64,000 nt of DNA. Source: Babesia bigemina. Its lineage: Eukaryota. Shown here piece by piece: positions 48,780 to 63,031 of this stretch. The DNA lies in assembly GCF_000981445.1 (NCBI RefSeq), contig NC_027218.1, positions 310,001 to 374,000 on the forward strand, written 5' to 3'. Within the stretch, counting starts at the first letter, position 1; each line of letters opens with the position of its first letter. The notes beneath the pieces are model-generated. The model had not been told where the DNA came from. It saw only the letters and a program-made list of their open reading frames with translations, and made no database searches. Made by a program: the position numbers and the translations under genes.

Positions 48780-49455
48780 CATTACCCGATACATGTATTG
48801 GTTTAGAGTTATCCCCTATTCAGAAGTTTTACCAGGCACTGGTAAGTCTTTCAGCTTAGTGTTTCCGTCTCCATAAGGTTATTTTTGGTTCGTTATTCCT
48901 ATTTCGATGATGGTGAATGTTTCCTTACGTAGGTGTCAATGGTCTCCGGTTGTTTACGCTTCCCGGTCTTTTCCAACTTGTTGCACGCTATGAGTACATT
49001 CTGATATTATACCTCACGTTTATTTTGCCCAAAATGAATTCTGATTTTGTAGGGATGCAAAAAATCCCATGTTTTGCCTCGTACAGCCGAGACCTGAGTT
49101 ATAGATCATAGAACCATATATCTCCCAGCTCACGGTGATACAACTAGTTATAAAACGACTACCAAAGTTGACGGCGTGATTAGTATGATTGTAGACGGTA
49201 GGAGCAATATACAGGACCAGCACCATTGTCACGTTGCGCATGCGTGTTAAAGCGGTATGCGGGCAGCTATTGTAGAAGATAATATTTTTTTTAGTTTTGT
49301 TACTGACTTGCGAAAAAATTAGTGTGAAAACGTTGTAGCATCTCACAAAATGCTATTTTAAAATTGATTTAGAATTGTAAAGCACCTACGTTATAGTAAA
49401 ACACGGCGTGCGATATACAACTATACATTTCCTCAAACCCAGACTTTTTGTGGGT

Positions 49456-51288
49456 CTACCGGTCCTTATTGGACTCATTTACAATGACAGTATCGGCCAA
49501 TCGATTTCGTCGTGATACGCTGTGCCAAAGAGTGACAGATTTTTTTGAACCATCAGCACCTTTCCTTCTGTTTACAGAAGGGTGATCTGTTTGCGAACTA
49601 CCTGCGTATATACTTTTCGTCTTCATGCGAGTCTTAGTGACCGATTGAGATTTCGAGTAGTTCTTTTGGGTTTGAAGTAAATCAAATGACCAACGTAAAA
49701 ACGAATTGTCGTACCATATTTTCAACCTATCATACGCCACGTATACGAATCCCAACGTTATGATGCTACTCACAACGAAGCGTATGATTCCCAGTATACC
49801 TCTAACTGCGGCGAAAATAAACCAGACAACCGTGTAAACTAAGAACGCTAGAGCCAGCGTCACTCCTACGCGTTCCATTTGGGATCTGGGATGCAGCAAC
49901 TCGAAATCCGGATATACACTCGCCATGTAACCATAACCCCGCTCCATCTTGTGGTCAACGAACGCTATAACGTGAGTAATGGCGTCACTAACAGCTGCCC
50001 AGCATCTCTTTACAGCAAATGGTGAGGGGGCGAATGAACCAAATATGTTTTTAACGGCGTCTTCTACGTCGTGAATATCTGCGGAATAATTCACATTCCC
50101 CAGGAATAAATATCCTGTAGAAAAAGTTAGCCATAGAACATAGACTTCGCAGTCTTTTATAAGAAGCCTGATTTGGTTGCCATAAATAGCCATTAACAGT
50201 TTTGGCAAGGTGTAATTTCCTTGAATATGCCTCCGTGGGTTCCTTGAGATGGCGTGCCACCAGTAAATGCAATGCTTTATTCCTGTTGTTCGATGCAACA
50301 GCGCAGCAATGTTTTTGATTGAGAATGGTTTAGCATCTTTGCTGATGAAAGCTTGTTGGTGAATATTGTGTTCATCTCGCATGAAAGCCTCCAGGTTCGC
50401 ATTCATTGTCATGTATTCATCTTTTAGCAGCGCTTGTGCTTTGAGTTGAACAGTCAGGCGTGCAAGCGCCGTATGTACGATATTAATACCGCACGGGTAG
50501 AGAGTGTATCTGAAGCTCTTATATAAACCTATGAGAGGTTCTTGCACATAATGATTGAACCCCCAGACTAAACTTTCTTCCAACTGCGCGCAAATCCTGA
50601 AGTGATGTTTTAAAATCACAAATGGAGCACGATATGCTACGTACAGCGCTCGAGGCAATTTGGCGAGTGTTATTGAACTCAACAACCCTCTGTGATCATC
50701 GCAACCCATCTTAAATGCCCTTGAATGCTCATTTAGGGTTCGAAATCCATCCGTTCCATGGTGTTTTTCACCGGAAGATTTCACTTGACCCTCTGACCTG
50801 ACTGCATTTTGCACGTTGGCATGTGCGAACCTTTGCGCATCTTCACCGTCTTGTTCTATTTCGCACGGTTTTATCCAACCACTTGAACAGCTTTCCTTGG
50901 GCGCTGCAGGATCATTGGTGTTAGGCGATTGATGTACTGATTTACCTTCTGATATGCTTGTAGTCAGATTTGCGTTTCGAATAATGCCTTGAATTTGAAC
51001 ACCATCACCATATTGCGTCTGAACTTCACAGATTCTCCCGGCTACGTCTCCGATCTGACAGGAGGCTACGTTTTCACCGTCACCGTGTAGATTGGTTAGA
51101 TTATTCCGAGATTTTCCACTGTCACTAGCATTCTCCACACATCCGCACGGCGCATACAGTGAAAGGCTTAGAATGATGACCAAGATTTTAGCGAACGCAA
51201 CTCGACCGAACCAATTCTTCGGTTTGTTGGTTTTGGTCGGTGGCGATCCACCAAAAGTTATAGATTCAAGCTTCATAGTGTCAGTCAC
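49456..51288 (-). CDS. hypothetical membrane protein (610 aa)
   Basis: Long intact ORF with an N-terminal hydrophobic helix and two or three C-terminal transmembrane segments. Confidence 0.8.
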   Translation of the reverse strand: MTDTMKLESITFGGSPPTKTNKPKNWFGRVAFAKILVIILSLSLYAPCGCVENASDSGKSRNNLTNLHGDGENVASCQIGDVAGRICEVQTQYGDGVQIQGIIRNANLTTSISEGKSVHQSPNTNDPAAPKESCSSGWIKPCEIEQDGEDAQRFAHANVQNAVRSEGQVKSSGEKHHGTDGFRTLNEHSRAFKMGCDDHRGLLSSITLAKLPRALYVAYRAPFVILKHHFRICAQLEESLVWGFNHYVQEPLIGLYKSFRYTLYPCGINIVHTALARLTVQLKAQALLKDEYMTMNANLEAFMRDEHNIHQQAFISKDAKPFSIKNIAALLHRTTGIKHCIYWWHAISRNPRRHIQGNYTLPKLLMAIYGNQIRLLIKDCEVYVLWLTFSTGYLFLGNVNYSADIHDVEDAVKNIFGSFAPSPFAVKRCWAAVSDAITHVIAFVDHKMERGYGYMASVYPDFELLHPRSQMERVGVTLALAFLVYTVVWFIFAAVRGILGIIRFVVSSIITLGFVYVAYDRLKIWYDNSFLRWSFDLLQTQKNYSKSQSVTKTRMKTKSIYAGSSQTDHPSVNRRKGADGSKKSVTLWHSVSRRNRLADTVIVNESNKDR

Positions 51289-51584
51289 AATGACTTGCTA
51301 TCACTCAAGAAAATTTTGCCATTGTGCAAATATTGAGTAATCCCTACGACATTTCTGTGTAATGGTATTTTCGCGCTGCTATGACAACACGTAACCAAGC
51401 AGGTTGCAGCTCGTTTTCTGCGCAGATGGCCTTAAAACATTGCAATGGCAGCTGAAAGTAAGGAAAAATTGGAATGTGTTATTGTCTATGACGGTGAGCG
51501 GCGCCATGAGGCTGCCTGTGTGCCTTGGGCTGCGATAGATTCCCGGCCTTTAGAAGAGCTTCCACACAGAAAGCAGACGCATCT

Positions 51585-52118
51585 ATGATGCGTAGCGTAT
51601 TATTTTCGTTGCAGAAGCTGCGCTTTTATCATGACGTCGCAGCCGTACCATCTCTCCGCACTGCCGTACAAAGACCGTTCGCAGGCTTCTTGGGATATCA
51701 TGACCTCTTCCAACCTACACGGAGCGTTCAGGTACAACGGGTTCTTTCTCTTTGCTTAAATAGGCGTGCCTACAATCCCGCTCGTCACATAGACTGGGTA
51801 GGCATAAAGCGTCGGTGGCGAGCCAAACAATTGTTAATGAAGAAGCGCAAGCTAAAAAACCACCCACGTGTAGCTTTAAGGTTTAGACTGACTCGTTTCG
51901 GCTGGGAGCGGCTGCAACAGGGCCGAAGGGGCAAGAAATTACACCTATCTGTGCAACAACGTCGCAACAAGAAGCGCATTAGGTTTGTGTCAAGACACGA
52001 CCTAGTAAAGCTGGCGAGGCAGATGCCGGGTCACAGGCTTCGTATACGTGACCCGCCCTTGATCAATAGCCCCAACATTCAGCACTTCCGCCGTAGCACA
52101 AACAAATATTTCGCATAA
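51585..52118 (+). CDS. mitochondrial ribosomal protein bL35m-like
   Basis: Mitochondrial-type leader MMRSVLFSLQKLRFY; L35 motif KLKNHPRVALRFRLT...RLQQGRRGK. Confidence 0.75.
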   Translation: MMRSVLFSLQKLRFYHDVAAVPSLRTAVQRPFAGFLGYHDLFQPTRSVQVQRVLSLCLNRRAYNPARHIDWVGIKRRWRAKQLLMKKRKLKNHPRVALRFRLTRFGWERLQQGRRGKKLHLSVQQRRNKKRIRFVSRHDLVKLARQMPGHRLRIRDPPLINSPNIQHFRRSTNKYFA

Positions 52119-52529
52119 GAGCTATTACAAAAAACACAGTTATGTTGATTTCTACTCTGTCTTTACTGTGGAAAGTCCGCTTGTTAAAGCTGCCCTGCAG
52201 AATATTGTGAATTTAAAGCAGACAATCGCCCTTTCAGTGCGAACGCCATTAATGCATAATGTGCAAAACTGTCCTGAAGCTTAAATCCACGCAAAACGCA
52301 TACAACTAACACGCGTGCAATGCACATCCGCCTGGTTTTTGGCAGCACTGGCGTATAACAATCAGCCAGCTTTGCGACAGTGGCAGCGCACTTGCATTTT
52401 GAAGTAAACCTTCCGGCGATCATTTACATGGCCTCATGCCATAACGATATGTTAAACACACAGATCACATATAACAATGAGAAACTCATACGTTTTTGCA
52501 TTTTGGTGCCACGAGGTTAAAGAAAGCTT

Positions 52530-52775
52530 ACCTCTCCTCAGGGGTCTTGTCCATCCACCAGTTCCAAGCGGTGGTGTTGAAGTCGTAGTTCACATCGATA
52601 CCGTATTCGCTGCGTTTCATAAGATGGCAATAGCATGGGCGCTAAAAATACGAATGCGCCGTGAGACTTACTATTTGACGTAGGCGTCGGCGGCTATAAA
52701 TAACCCAGCGGTCTTGACAATGGTCCTCGTGAACCATCCCTTGCGGAAAAAAAGCCCATAAGAATGCGCTCCCAT
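52530..52775 (-). CDS. small hypothetical (mitochondrial?) membrane protein, spliced; frame unresolved
   Basis: MGAHSYGLFFRKGWFTRTIVKTAGLFIAADAYVK then GTAAGT. The next exon has protein-like MKRSEYGIDVNYDFNTTAWNWWMDKTPEER followed by GTAAG. The 3' end is unknown. Confidence 0.4.
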
Positions 52776-53100
52776 TTTTAAAAAGTGATTTACAAAGTCA
52801 GTTATCGGCCGTTGCACGACGACACACTCGCGCGGCAAGGGGCGTGGCGTACTGGCGGCAAACGCATAGGCTGCCGGCTCGTCGCCATCAAATCTCAAAA
52901 AGGTGTAAATGGTTCAACTATAGCTGTGCAAAGACGGCGTAACCAGCACCAACACATTGCCTATTACTGTCAGATTTGCTAGGTGTCGTAGTCGTGTGAT
53001 CATCCATCGAACGATGCAAAAATTACATATTTACGCAAAAAACACTGCTTGCATAGTCGTACATTGAACGACCGACGACAAATACAGTAATGCATGAAAA

Positions 53101-53173
53101 TACGGGCACCGAGGATCGAACTCGGGATCTTCTGCGTGTTAGGCAGACGTCATAGCCACTAGACCATGCCCGC
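53101..53173 (-). tRNA. tRNA-Val(AAC)
   Basis: GCGGGCA...TGCCCGT-A; anticodon arm TCTGC-CTAACAC-GCAGA; T-loop GTTCGATCC; TTTT terminator. Confidence 0.96.
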
Positions 53174-53340
53174 TACGCTAGAGCGCCATAAATATGAACG
53201 ATATTATATATTCAGCTATTTAACTTTTTATAGAAGGGTCATGAATAAAAACTTGCGGTAGTGTTACGCATCCCCTGACGGTTAATAACCTTCACGTTGT
53301 ACCATACATCGGTGTGACGGATTTAAAGAACATCGAGAAA

Positions 53341-53413
53341 TACGGGCGCCGAGGATCGAACTCGGGATCTCCTGCGTGTGAAGCAGGCGTCATAGCCACT
53401 AGACCACGCCCGC
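53341..53413 (-). tRNA. tRNA-Val(CAC)
   Basis: GCGGGCG...CGCCCGT-A; anticodon arm CCTGC-TTCACAC-GCAGG. Confidence 0.96.
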
Positions 53414-53492
53414 TGTCGGTGTTTGCGCCTTTTTTGCTTCTATAAGGTAATAATAATGACGTGAATTTCAGTGTTAGCGTCAATGGCAGACA

Positions 53493-54281
53493 ATGTTAAA
53501 GTGTTTGAATTTAATATCACCAACCTGCCCATTTAATTATCGCAAGACGCACTTGATAAAGGTGCCAAAAGAGTTGATATACGCAACAGTTTTGGATATT
53601 CCGAGTTACTCAAGATTTTTGCCTTGGTGCGAGGTATGTCGTAATATTGACGTTAGATTCTGTATAACATTACACACCGTTTACTATGCGTATAATGGTT
53701 CGCAGAAGAGCCATTGGATTGACGACGTTGTTACAGCGGGACCTTCGATTTCTCAGGGTCAACGCAGAGCGCGGCTTACTGTGAACTTCAAGCTCTTGAA
53801 GGAGTCATACGTCTCTGAAGTGACCTTCGAGCCTTGCAGCTTAGTAAGGGTGAGCTAAATGTGCTTTTAGTACGGCGGAATTAACGGCATTGCGTCATTT
53901 CCCTGTATTACTAATGGTTCACACAGACCAGTTGCGTTTTTTTACATTTTGCCGCGTCAAAAGCGTTTCTAGATCCCATATTAGCTTCATATATGATCTT
54001 TAATATCGATGCACGCAGCCGTGGCATCAATTATATTTTTATATTCATTGTGAACGTAGGCAGTGGCAGCAGATAGCAGCCTGTTTGAGACGTTGGATAC
54101 CGTATGGGAGTTTGAAGAGCAGAGTAATGCCACCCTCATAAAATTCTATATCATTTTCAAGTTCCACTTTGGAGGATATCAGAGCATATCTGCTTCCCTG
54201 GGTCGTATGCTAACGGATACTATGTTGGAACGCTTCGTAAAAGAGTGCCATAGACGTCACAGCAGCCTGATATTAAACTAG
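53493..54281 (+). CDS. COQ10: coenzyme Q-binding START/polyketide-cyclase protein, 3 exons
   Basis: YATVLDIPSYSRFLPWCE|...ARLTVNFKLLKESYVSEV|...SSLFETLDTVWEF...MLERFVKEC. Confidence 0.85.
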
Positions 54282-54833
54282 AGAACGTTTAATTGTTTAC
54301 TGGCTACGCAGTGTTAGTTCCATAGTGCATTAGAGGGGGATCCAAGGTGGATGTCTAACCACCGCTTAGGTGCATCAAAACATTTATGTGGAAAACCTTC
54401 TACACATCCAAACCATTTATACAAGCTGAACATAAAACTGTGACTGCATACAAAAGTAAGCTGTAAAAATGATCTTTGAATAACGCCAGAAGGTTGACCT
54501 TCAAATTGCGAACTCTGTGTATCATTTTGTTCAAACGTTGAAGACGTCAAAGCTGGTTGTATACGCCTTCAATTGCACATATAAAAAGTGTACGGGTTCG
54601 TCTAAGTCAATATAAGTCATATGGGCAACATTTTACACATGTTCTTGCTGTCTGCTGATGCCCCCATGCCACAGGTTGAACATCTTTTTGAGGATGTTTC
54701 TACCAACCTTCTTTACAACATTCTGCGCATCTCGGCATACTATGTCCGTCTACTATCATAGATTCTGCTGTGATGGCCCCTTGCGTTGCGTTCAGAGATG
54801 CGCGTTAGATCTAGCGGCACGAGGCGTGTTTAT

Positions 54834-57167
<2,334 letters not shown>

Positions 57168-57203
57168 CGTGTTTCTTAACGTTTTCACTACAGTCATGCT
57201 GCC

Positions 57204-59912
57204 TCATATGTTCATTGCTCCGTATAGAGCCATGTTGTCCACCGTGTCTTCCACTACATTCCCATCATCTAGAGCTACAGTCGCACGGAATCCATCCACA
57301 GCCGTGACGTTCCCGATGCGGTCTCCCCCATCCAACAAGATGACGACCTGATGTCTTTTAGTAGGGCGAACCACCTCTACGGATTCAGTGGCGATTGCGA
57401 TATAGTCTTCTTCCACAAAAATGTGTACTATCTGCAGGTCGGTATCAGCCTGGTCCTCTATAACTTCGTCTATGACACCAAGCTTGTTCTGGTATTCTCC
57501 GTTACCTGTGATGCGTACAACGACACCCTTCTTCACCCAGCGCGTATCTGGAACTCCCAGGGATGTAACGTGCTGCACGGGTTTGGATACGTCTTTATCG
57601 GCAAGTAGGCTCGCGTAACGCATCTTGTTGACCATGAGGTCCCTATTGTCCAGGATGGTAACATCCACCTTCTTGATACGTACCACTTTGGGTTTAACTT
57701 TCAAGAGTATAGTGAATTCAGACTGCTCCACCGATATCACATCTCCCAATAGCCCCTTGTAACGCCCAACAAGTATTTTTACAGTTTTTCCTATAAACCT
57801 GTTTGGTATGCGAATCCTACTTTTGGTTCGCAATTCGGCTCCCCTCTCTTGACCTCCACGTTGATCGTAGGGATTCTGCGTTTCACTAATGCTCATATTC
57901 AGCACGGAGCCGCTGTCGACGACAACGTAGGCGTTTTTCTCGAGCTGCACGAAACATTTGTTTTTCCAGAGGTGTTTTACAACCCCCTGCTTGTTCTTGT
58001 ACGGACCGCTTACAATGAGTATTTTGTTGCGAGTGTATAGAGTAGAGTTGTTAACATCCTTAGAACTGTATCCAAAGGAGCTACGCTTGCAGAGTATATC
58101 CGACAACACCAATTTGACCTCATTATTGGTGTCGAGCAGCACATTGAAACAACTCTTCGATATTGATATTATAACCCCAACTTCTCCCTTTGACGACTGT
58201 ATGAGGTCTCCAAGGAAATAACCGTTAAGGGATCCGAGTGATTCGAAGTTGATGGACTCTTTCACCAAGACTAGATAGTCGAGTTTGACTTTGAACTGCT
58301 CGGACTTTTGCGGCGAGAAGACTACAGCATTCTTTTTTTCGAAGTCCACTAACGATATGAGCCCAGATTCTCCCTGATTGATACCGTCAATAATGCGCAC
58401 GTTATCACCCTCTCGGAAATGCTTCATGACGGATGAGGGATGTATGCGGAAGTTGGGGATGCTGCTGTCTTCAGGTTGGATTTCGATTTCCTCATTGTGC
58501 AAGCCCGAGATATGACCAATAACGTTGATAAGCTCTCCTCGTGTCACACGGACCTTTTCGCCTAGCCTGAATAGATGCAAATTAGAGTTTTTGATGACGT
58601 GCGCCACGTTGCCGTAATTGTCTTCCAAGTTGAATTCCTTAAGCTCCGACAGCGTCGCATTTACGGCAGATCCAACCGTGAGCCTTTTCACGCTAATTCG
58701 AAGCAATAGAAACCCCGCATCCAGGAATGTCATGTTGTTGTAACGGAAGGTCCCCGGTGTGAAACCTTGCTCGATCAGGCCACCCTTTAGCTCAATAGCC
58801 TCCCTGTCAAACAAGCGTTTGATATACAATTTCGTCTTTGTGCGACTAGCGTTGGCTTCTTTGGGTGGCTTTACTATAGGAAAACCATCCTCACCGATTT
58901 GCTGTTGGATGTCTACATCCTCCTCCTTGAGCCTAGGAATAACTTTAACCACCACTATCCCGTTTAATTCATCAGATTCATGTACCTGCGCTAGATCGCC
59001 TGCATATCTCCCCGTCTTGATACGCACATATTCGCCAATTAGTGGTACAATCTGCTGTTGCGACTCCATGGCGTAGATACTTGAGACTTCGTTAATGGGC
59101 ACCATTTTAAGTTTCCTCAAATTGACGTTTCTGAAATCTGAGAGCGCCTCCAGGATGGCATTTTTGGTGTCAGCCTCAATGTATATGAATCCCTTCACAC
59201 CATCCGGAGCGAAACAAGAGTAGATGCCCAAGTGCCGTCCCTGGCTTTGCAACTTTAGGAACTTGTTCAAAAGACTTATGGCAACCAGTTTAGATGAATG
59301 CGCTTTGTTTAGTTTCAACATCCACAGTTTTGGGTCATTGAGGTCGGGCATGAGGACACTCGCATCTTCCATGATGCCATCTGAGAGGTGGTGTCTGGGA
59401 AGTAACTAGGGAACTTACAGTCATGCCCAGCGTCTTCGCCATCGTCTTCGATGAAGTCATCTTCACCCTCATCGAAGGTTCTGTCTTGGTATCGTTTCGT
59501 GAGTTTGTCGATTGCGTTTTCCAGCAAACCGGCGCCACCAACGCGGCGCTGATCATCCTTGCGGTCACCTTCCTCGCGGAGCCTGCGAAGTCTGCTACGG
59601 TTCTCCAATCGTTCGGCCTCCGTGGATTCGTCAGGTAGGAATATGTCATCGTCGTAGTTATCTTCCTCCTCCTCGTCGCCCACCTGAGCTCAATGTTAAT
59701 GCGAGTCACACATTGCCGCCTGAGGCAAGAGCAGGTGTTATCCCACTCACCTGGGCTTCCGTATCTAGGAATGCGGAAACAATGGCACGCCTTTTTGCGT
59801 CCGAATGGCTCCCTTTGAGCTTTTTCTTGACTGGGCGCTCATCTTCGCCGCTATCATCGGACTGCCCGAACACGGAATCATCATCCTCGTCGTCAGCTTT
59901 GCGCCGTGCCAT
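57204..59912 (-). CDS. SPT5: transcription elongation factor Spt5, 3 exons
   Basis: Acidic N-terminus with FLDTEAQV; NGN domain LMPDLNDPKLW...KGFIYIEA; multiple KOW motifs (VRIKTGRYAGDLAQV, VKILVGRYKGLLGDV). Confidence 0.95.
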
Positions 59913-60173
59913 GTTTGACAGTTGGCGGCAGCACTATAGACACAGACACCTTTTTTGTTATACCGTGATTTGGGCATCAACGCCTCTCCGATCAGTTCAC
60001 CCCGACACCATCCACCCCGGCGTCAACAGCACACGTTCGCGAGGCCAACGTTCCTGAGCGCCCAGACGTAAAATTTTAGTAGAAGGCGCCACATACGGTC
60101 TCACCTTAAAACTATGTGCTAGGACTATCTGCAAATTCACACACTCTGTTGTCACAACTACATTACATTCAGT

Positions 60174-62129
60174 TCAGATCATCGCAGCTTGGACCTGTTG
60201 CTCGTGCGCTCTACCGGTGTTTCTGCGGTACAGAACTCCGGTGGCTTGCCTCGGTACTGCCATCATGGGCGACGGCACATTACCGAAAGGCATGTACGAA
60301 CGGTTAGCCATGGCGGACCGATGCGTCCCAGCATAAGACGCGAACGGCACACCGGCGGCGTTTGGCATCGATCCAGGTGTGCGCTGAGAGTTTTTGACGG
60401 CATTGAATCCCGGAACGGCCGTGACGTTGCGGCGTACCAGCGCCTGTCCTCGTTGCGGTGCAGTAAACTGCCTGTCCGTCATTTTCGGCGCCGGTCTTAT
60501 CAGATGGCACGGGTTCTGGAAGCTTTGCGCGGCAGGCCACTGTGGAAGGAAAACCGAGTTTTGGTTGCACGGAAACTGCGGTTGGTTGTATTGGAAATGG
60601 TATGGGTTGTGTCCGTTGATCATCATATTTGCGTGGTTGGCGTATGGGACACAATGATTCCGGTTTGGCGCCCCGTTCATAAGGGGTGCGTCGTTCCTGA
60701 TGCTGCTCGCCTGTGACACTTGTCTGCTCGGCGCGATATTCACAGCGTCTTTTCTGAATGCCATGTGATTCGACTTGACAAACCCCAAAACCCCTCCGGT
60801 GCTCACAGCGTCGTTCACACCAAGAGAGGGAGGCTCCATGGACGCATATCTTCCCCCCCCACCGTTGCAACACATGTTGGACCTCTTGGTAGTTTCCCCG
60901 CGCGTGAACACGCTGCTAAAGAGACCCGGTTTTTCCACAGTTGAATATACATAGTCAGTTGTCTTCGATACTACCTTATTAGTGCAAGCCGACTCTGGGC
61001 CTGCGAGAACATAGGATTCCTGTTTCAGAACATCCGGTGTTGTCTTTGGTTTCTGTGCAACACCACACGAAATGTAATCCAATAATACATCCACCACATT
61101 CTTATATTTGTTCATGGGCACACTATCCGTTGGCTCATCAACGATGAATTCGCCCCGCTTAGGTGACAGCGCCGTATCTTCCGATTCGACGTTAGACATG
61201 TTCATCATATCGTTCTTAGGACTGCAGTGGTCAACGGGGGTGTAAGACACGTTAACAGGTTCATCCGTCTTCTGCGCCTCTACGTCGTCTTTCTGAACCA
61301 CCGTCTCCTCAGCGTTTTTACCGACAATCTTATCGTTTACAATCTTGTCAACCACGTCCAAAATTTTGTTTTCCAATTCGTCGGTGTCTAAACGGTGTTC
61401 CTCTCCCATGGAGTCGACAATTCTGATACTCCCTATACGTCGTGCAATTCTGTTCAATAGTGAATCGCTGTTTTCATTCGTTCGTGAACTATCACCCTGG
61501 CATTCCTGCCGAGCAGACTCTCGCAGCGTGGTCGAAGATTCACAAGCGTTAGTAGGCAGCACGGCAGACTGCCTTGCGCTTGACACGATTTCAGTTTCCT
61601 TTTGTTCTACGTTAGCTTCATTGACTACAAGTTCGCCAGCAGTGCTAGGGGCAATAGAACCATCATACGCATCTCCACCCTTTTCATGTGGCGTCTCAAC
61701 TACATTTGGTACCTCTTCGGGAGCTTGCTTCCTGGGTGACTTTTTCGACCCTGGCACGTGCGCGTTCGCCTTGGGAGTGGCGACGTTTCGTGTGCGAGTA
61801 CTTGCGTTGTAACGGGGTTGCCTGCGAGACGGCTGCGCATTTGCTGGCGATGATGCTTTCGAAACATCATGTATAAAGCCGCCAACCCTCTCCCGATTTA
61901 TCTCCTTTTGCTGCTTCTGCCTACCCGCTTTACGGCACGTCATAGAGGGCTTCATGCTGGTTGCATCGCAGTTTATGCACTCACATAGCGATCCCGGCAT
62001 ATCACGTTTTGATGTTCTCGCCTTCAACATACGGAGCCTGTGCGCCTCAATGGAGCGCTCCAGGCTCATTTGGATTCTTTTGCGATCAATTTTTGGCCGC
62101 GAGGCGGTATTACCCTCGTGTTTCTCCAT
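60174..62129 (-). CDS. hypothetical protein (651 aa, largely low-complexity)
   Basis: Long intact ORF with a basic N-terminus, acidic middle and N/P/Q-rich C-terminus. Confidence 0.8.
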   Translation of the reverse strand: MEKHEGNTASRPKIDRKRIQMSLERSIEAHRLRMLKARTSKRDMPGSLCECINCDATSMKPSMTCRKAGRQKQQKEINRERVGGFIHDVSKASSPANAQPSRRQPRYNASTRTRNVATPKANAHVPGSKKSPRKQAPEEVPNVVETPHEKGGDAYDGSIAPSTAGELVVNEANVEQKETEIVSSARQSAVLPTNACESSTTLRESARQECQGDSSRTNENSDSLLNRIARRIGSIRIVDSMGEEHRLDTDELENKILDVVDKIVNDKIVGKNAEETVVQKDDVEAQKTDEPVNVSYTPVDHCSPKNDMMNMSNVESEDTALSPKRGEFIVDEPTDSVPMNKYKNVVDVLLDYISCGVAQKPKTTPDVLKQESYVLAGPESACTNKVVSKTTDYVYSTVEKPGLFSSVFTRGETTKRSNMCCNGGGGRYASMEPPSLGVNDAVSTGGVLGFVKSNHMAFRKDAVNIAPSRQVSQASSIRNDAPLMNGAPNRNHCVPYANHANMMINGHNPYHFQYNQPQFPCNQNSVFLPQWPAAQSFQNPCHLIRPAPKMTDRQFTAPQRGQALVRRNVTAVPGFNAVKNSQRTPGSMPNAAGVPFASYAGTHRSAMANRSYMPFGNVPSPMMAVPRQATGVLYRRNTGRAHEQQVQAAMI

Positions 62130-63031
62130 GGCATCAAAAGGTTCGGTTTACACGCTGGGATGCCCACACTTTCGAGTGCAGTTAATATACAACGTTTTTA
62201 TTGTACATGTGTGAGTAAATGACGCTCCCAAATCACCTCCGCATAGGCCACTGCTCCAGTCGTTCAGCGCACCTTCAAAACCAGTAGCCACGAGTTGGCG
62301 CCGCTATTCCTACAAAGGCAGAATAGATTATTGCTAACAGCGAAATACTTTTTGTTGGTGTCGATTGACAACCTTTATGAGTACGGTTGCCGTTTTGGCC
62401 GTTCTGCTAGGGTGCACTTGTGCTGCATCGCTACGTGCAGGCGCGTTTGGACGAATACCGGCGTCATTGCAACAAAGAACTTCAAGTTAAAAAAGGGGGC
62501 ATACGATAAATACGGCGACGTGCCACGTACAAACTGTTCCGCGTAGAAGGGTGTCTAAGACGAGATGCCCATATGAAGCCTATGCTCGCTTACGACTCCA
62601 TCGTCGTTACAAAAACCTTTGAGGGCTCTCTATTACCCGTACCATGTGTCAGCTATACACATGACGATATACATGAGAATGTGTGGCCGCTACGCCATTC
62701 AAATCATACGAATTCGTGCGACCTTGTAGGTGCATAACGATAGCCATTTACGCCACTGATATTGTCCATAAGCGCCCAACTCAATCCACCTGTACCAATG
62801 GTAGTCGTTTACTAATGACTTCCACGTAATGTACTCTGTATGTGAGCAACTTTAGGTCGCAGACTGCTAGGCTAGCCGCTCACGTTCTAGTGTTGAGCGG
62901 GCGGTGTGTACGCTACTCAATCGTCGCCATTCTTCTGCATCTTGAAGGATTCCACTATATTTATGTAACAATAACTGAAGCGGTTGTTGTCTGATGCAAC
63001 GGTAGCTTCTTTTATTTTGCGTACTTCACCG

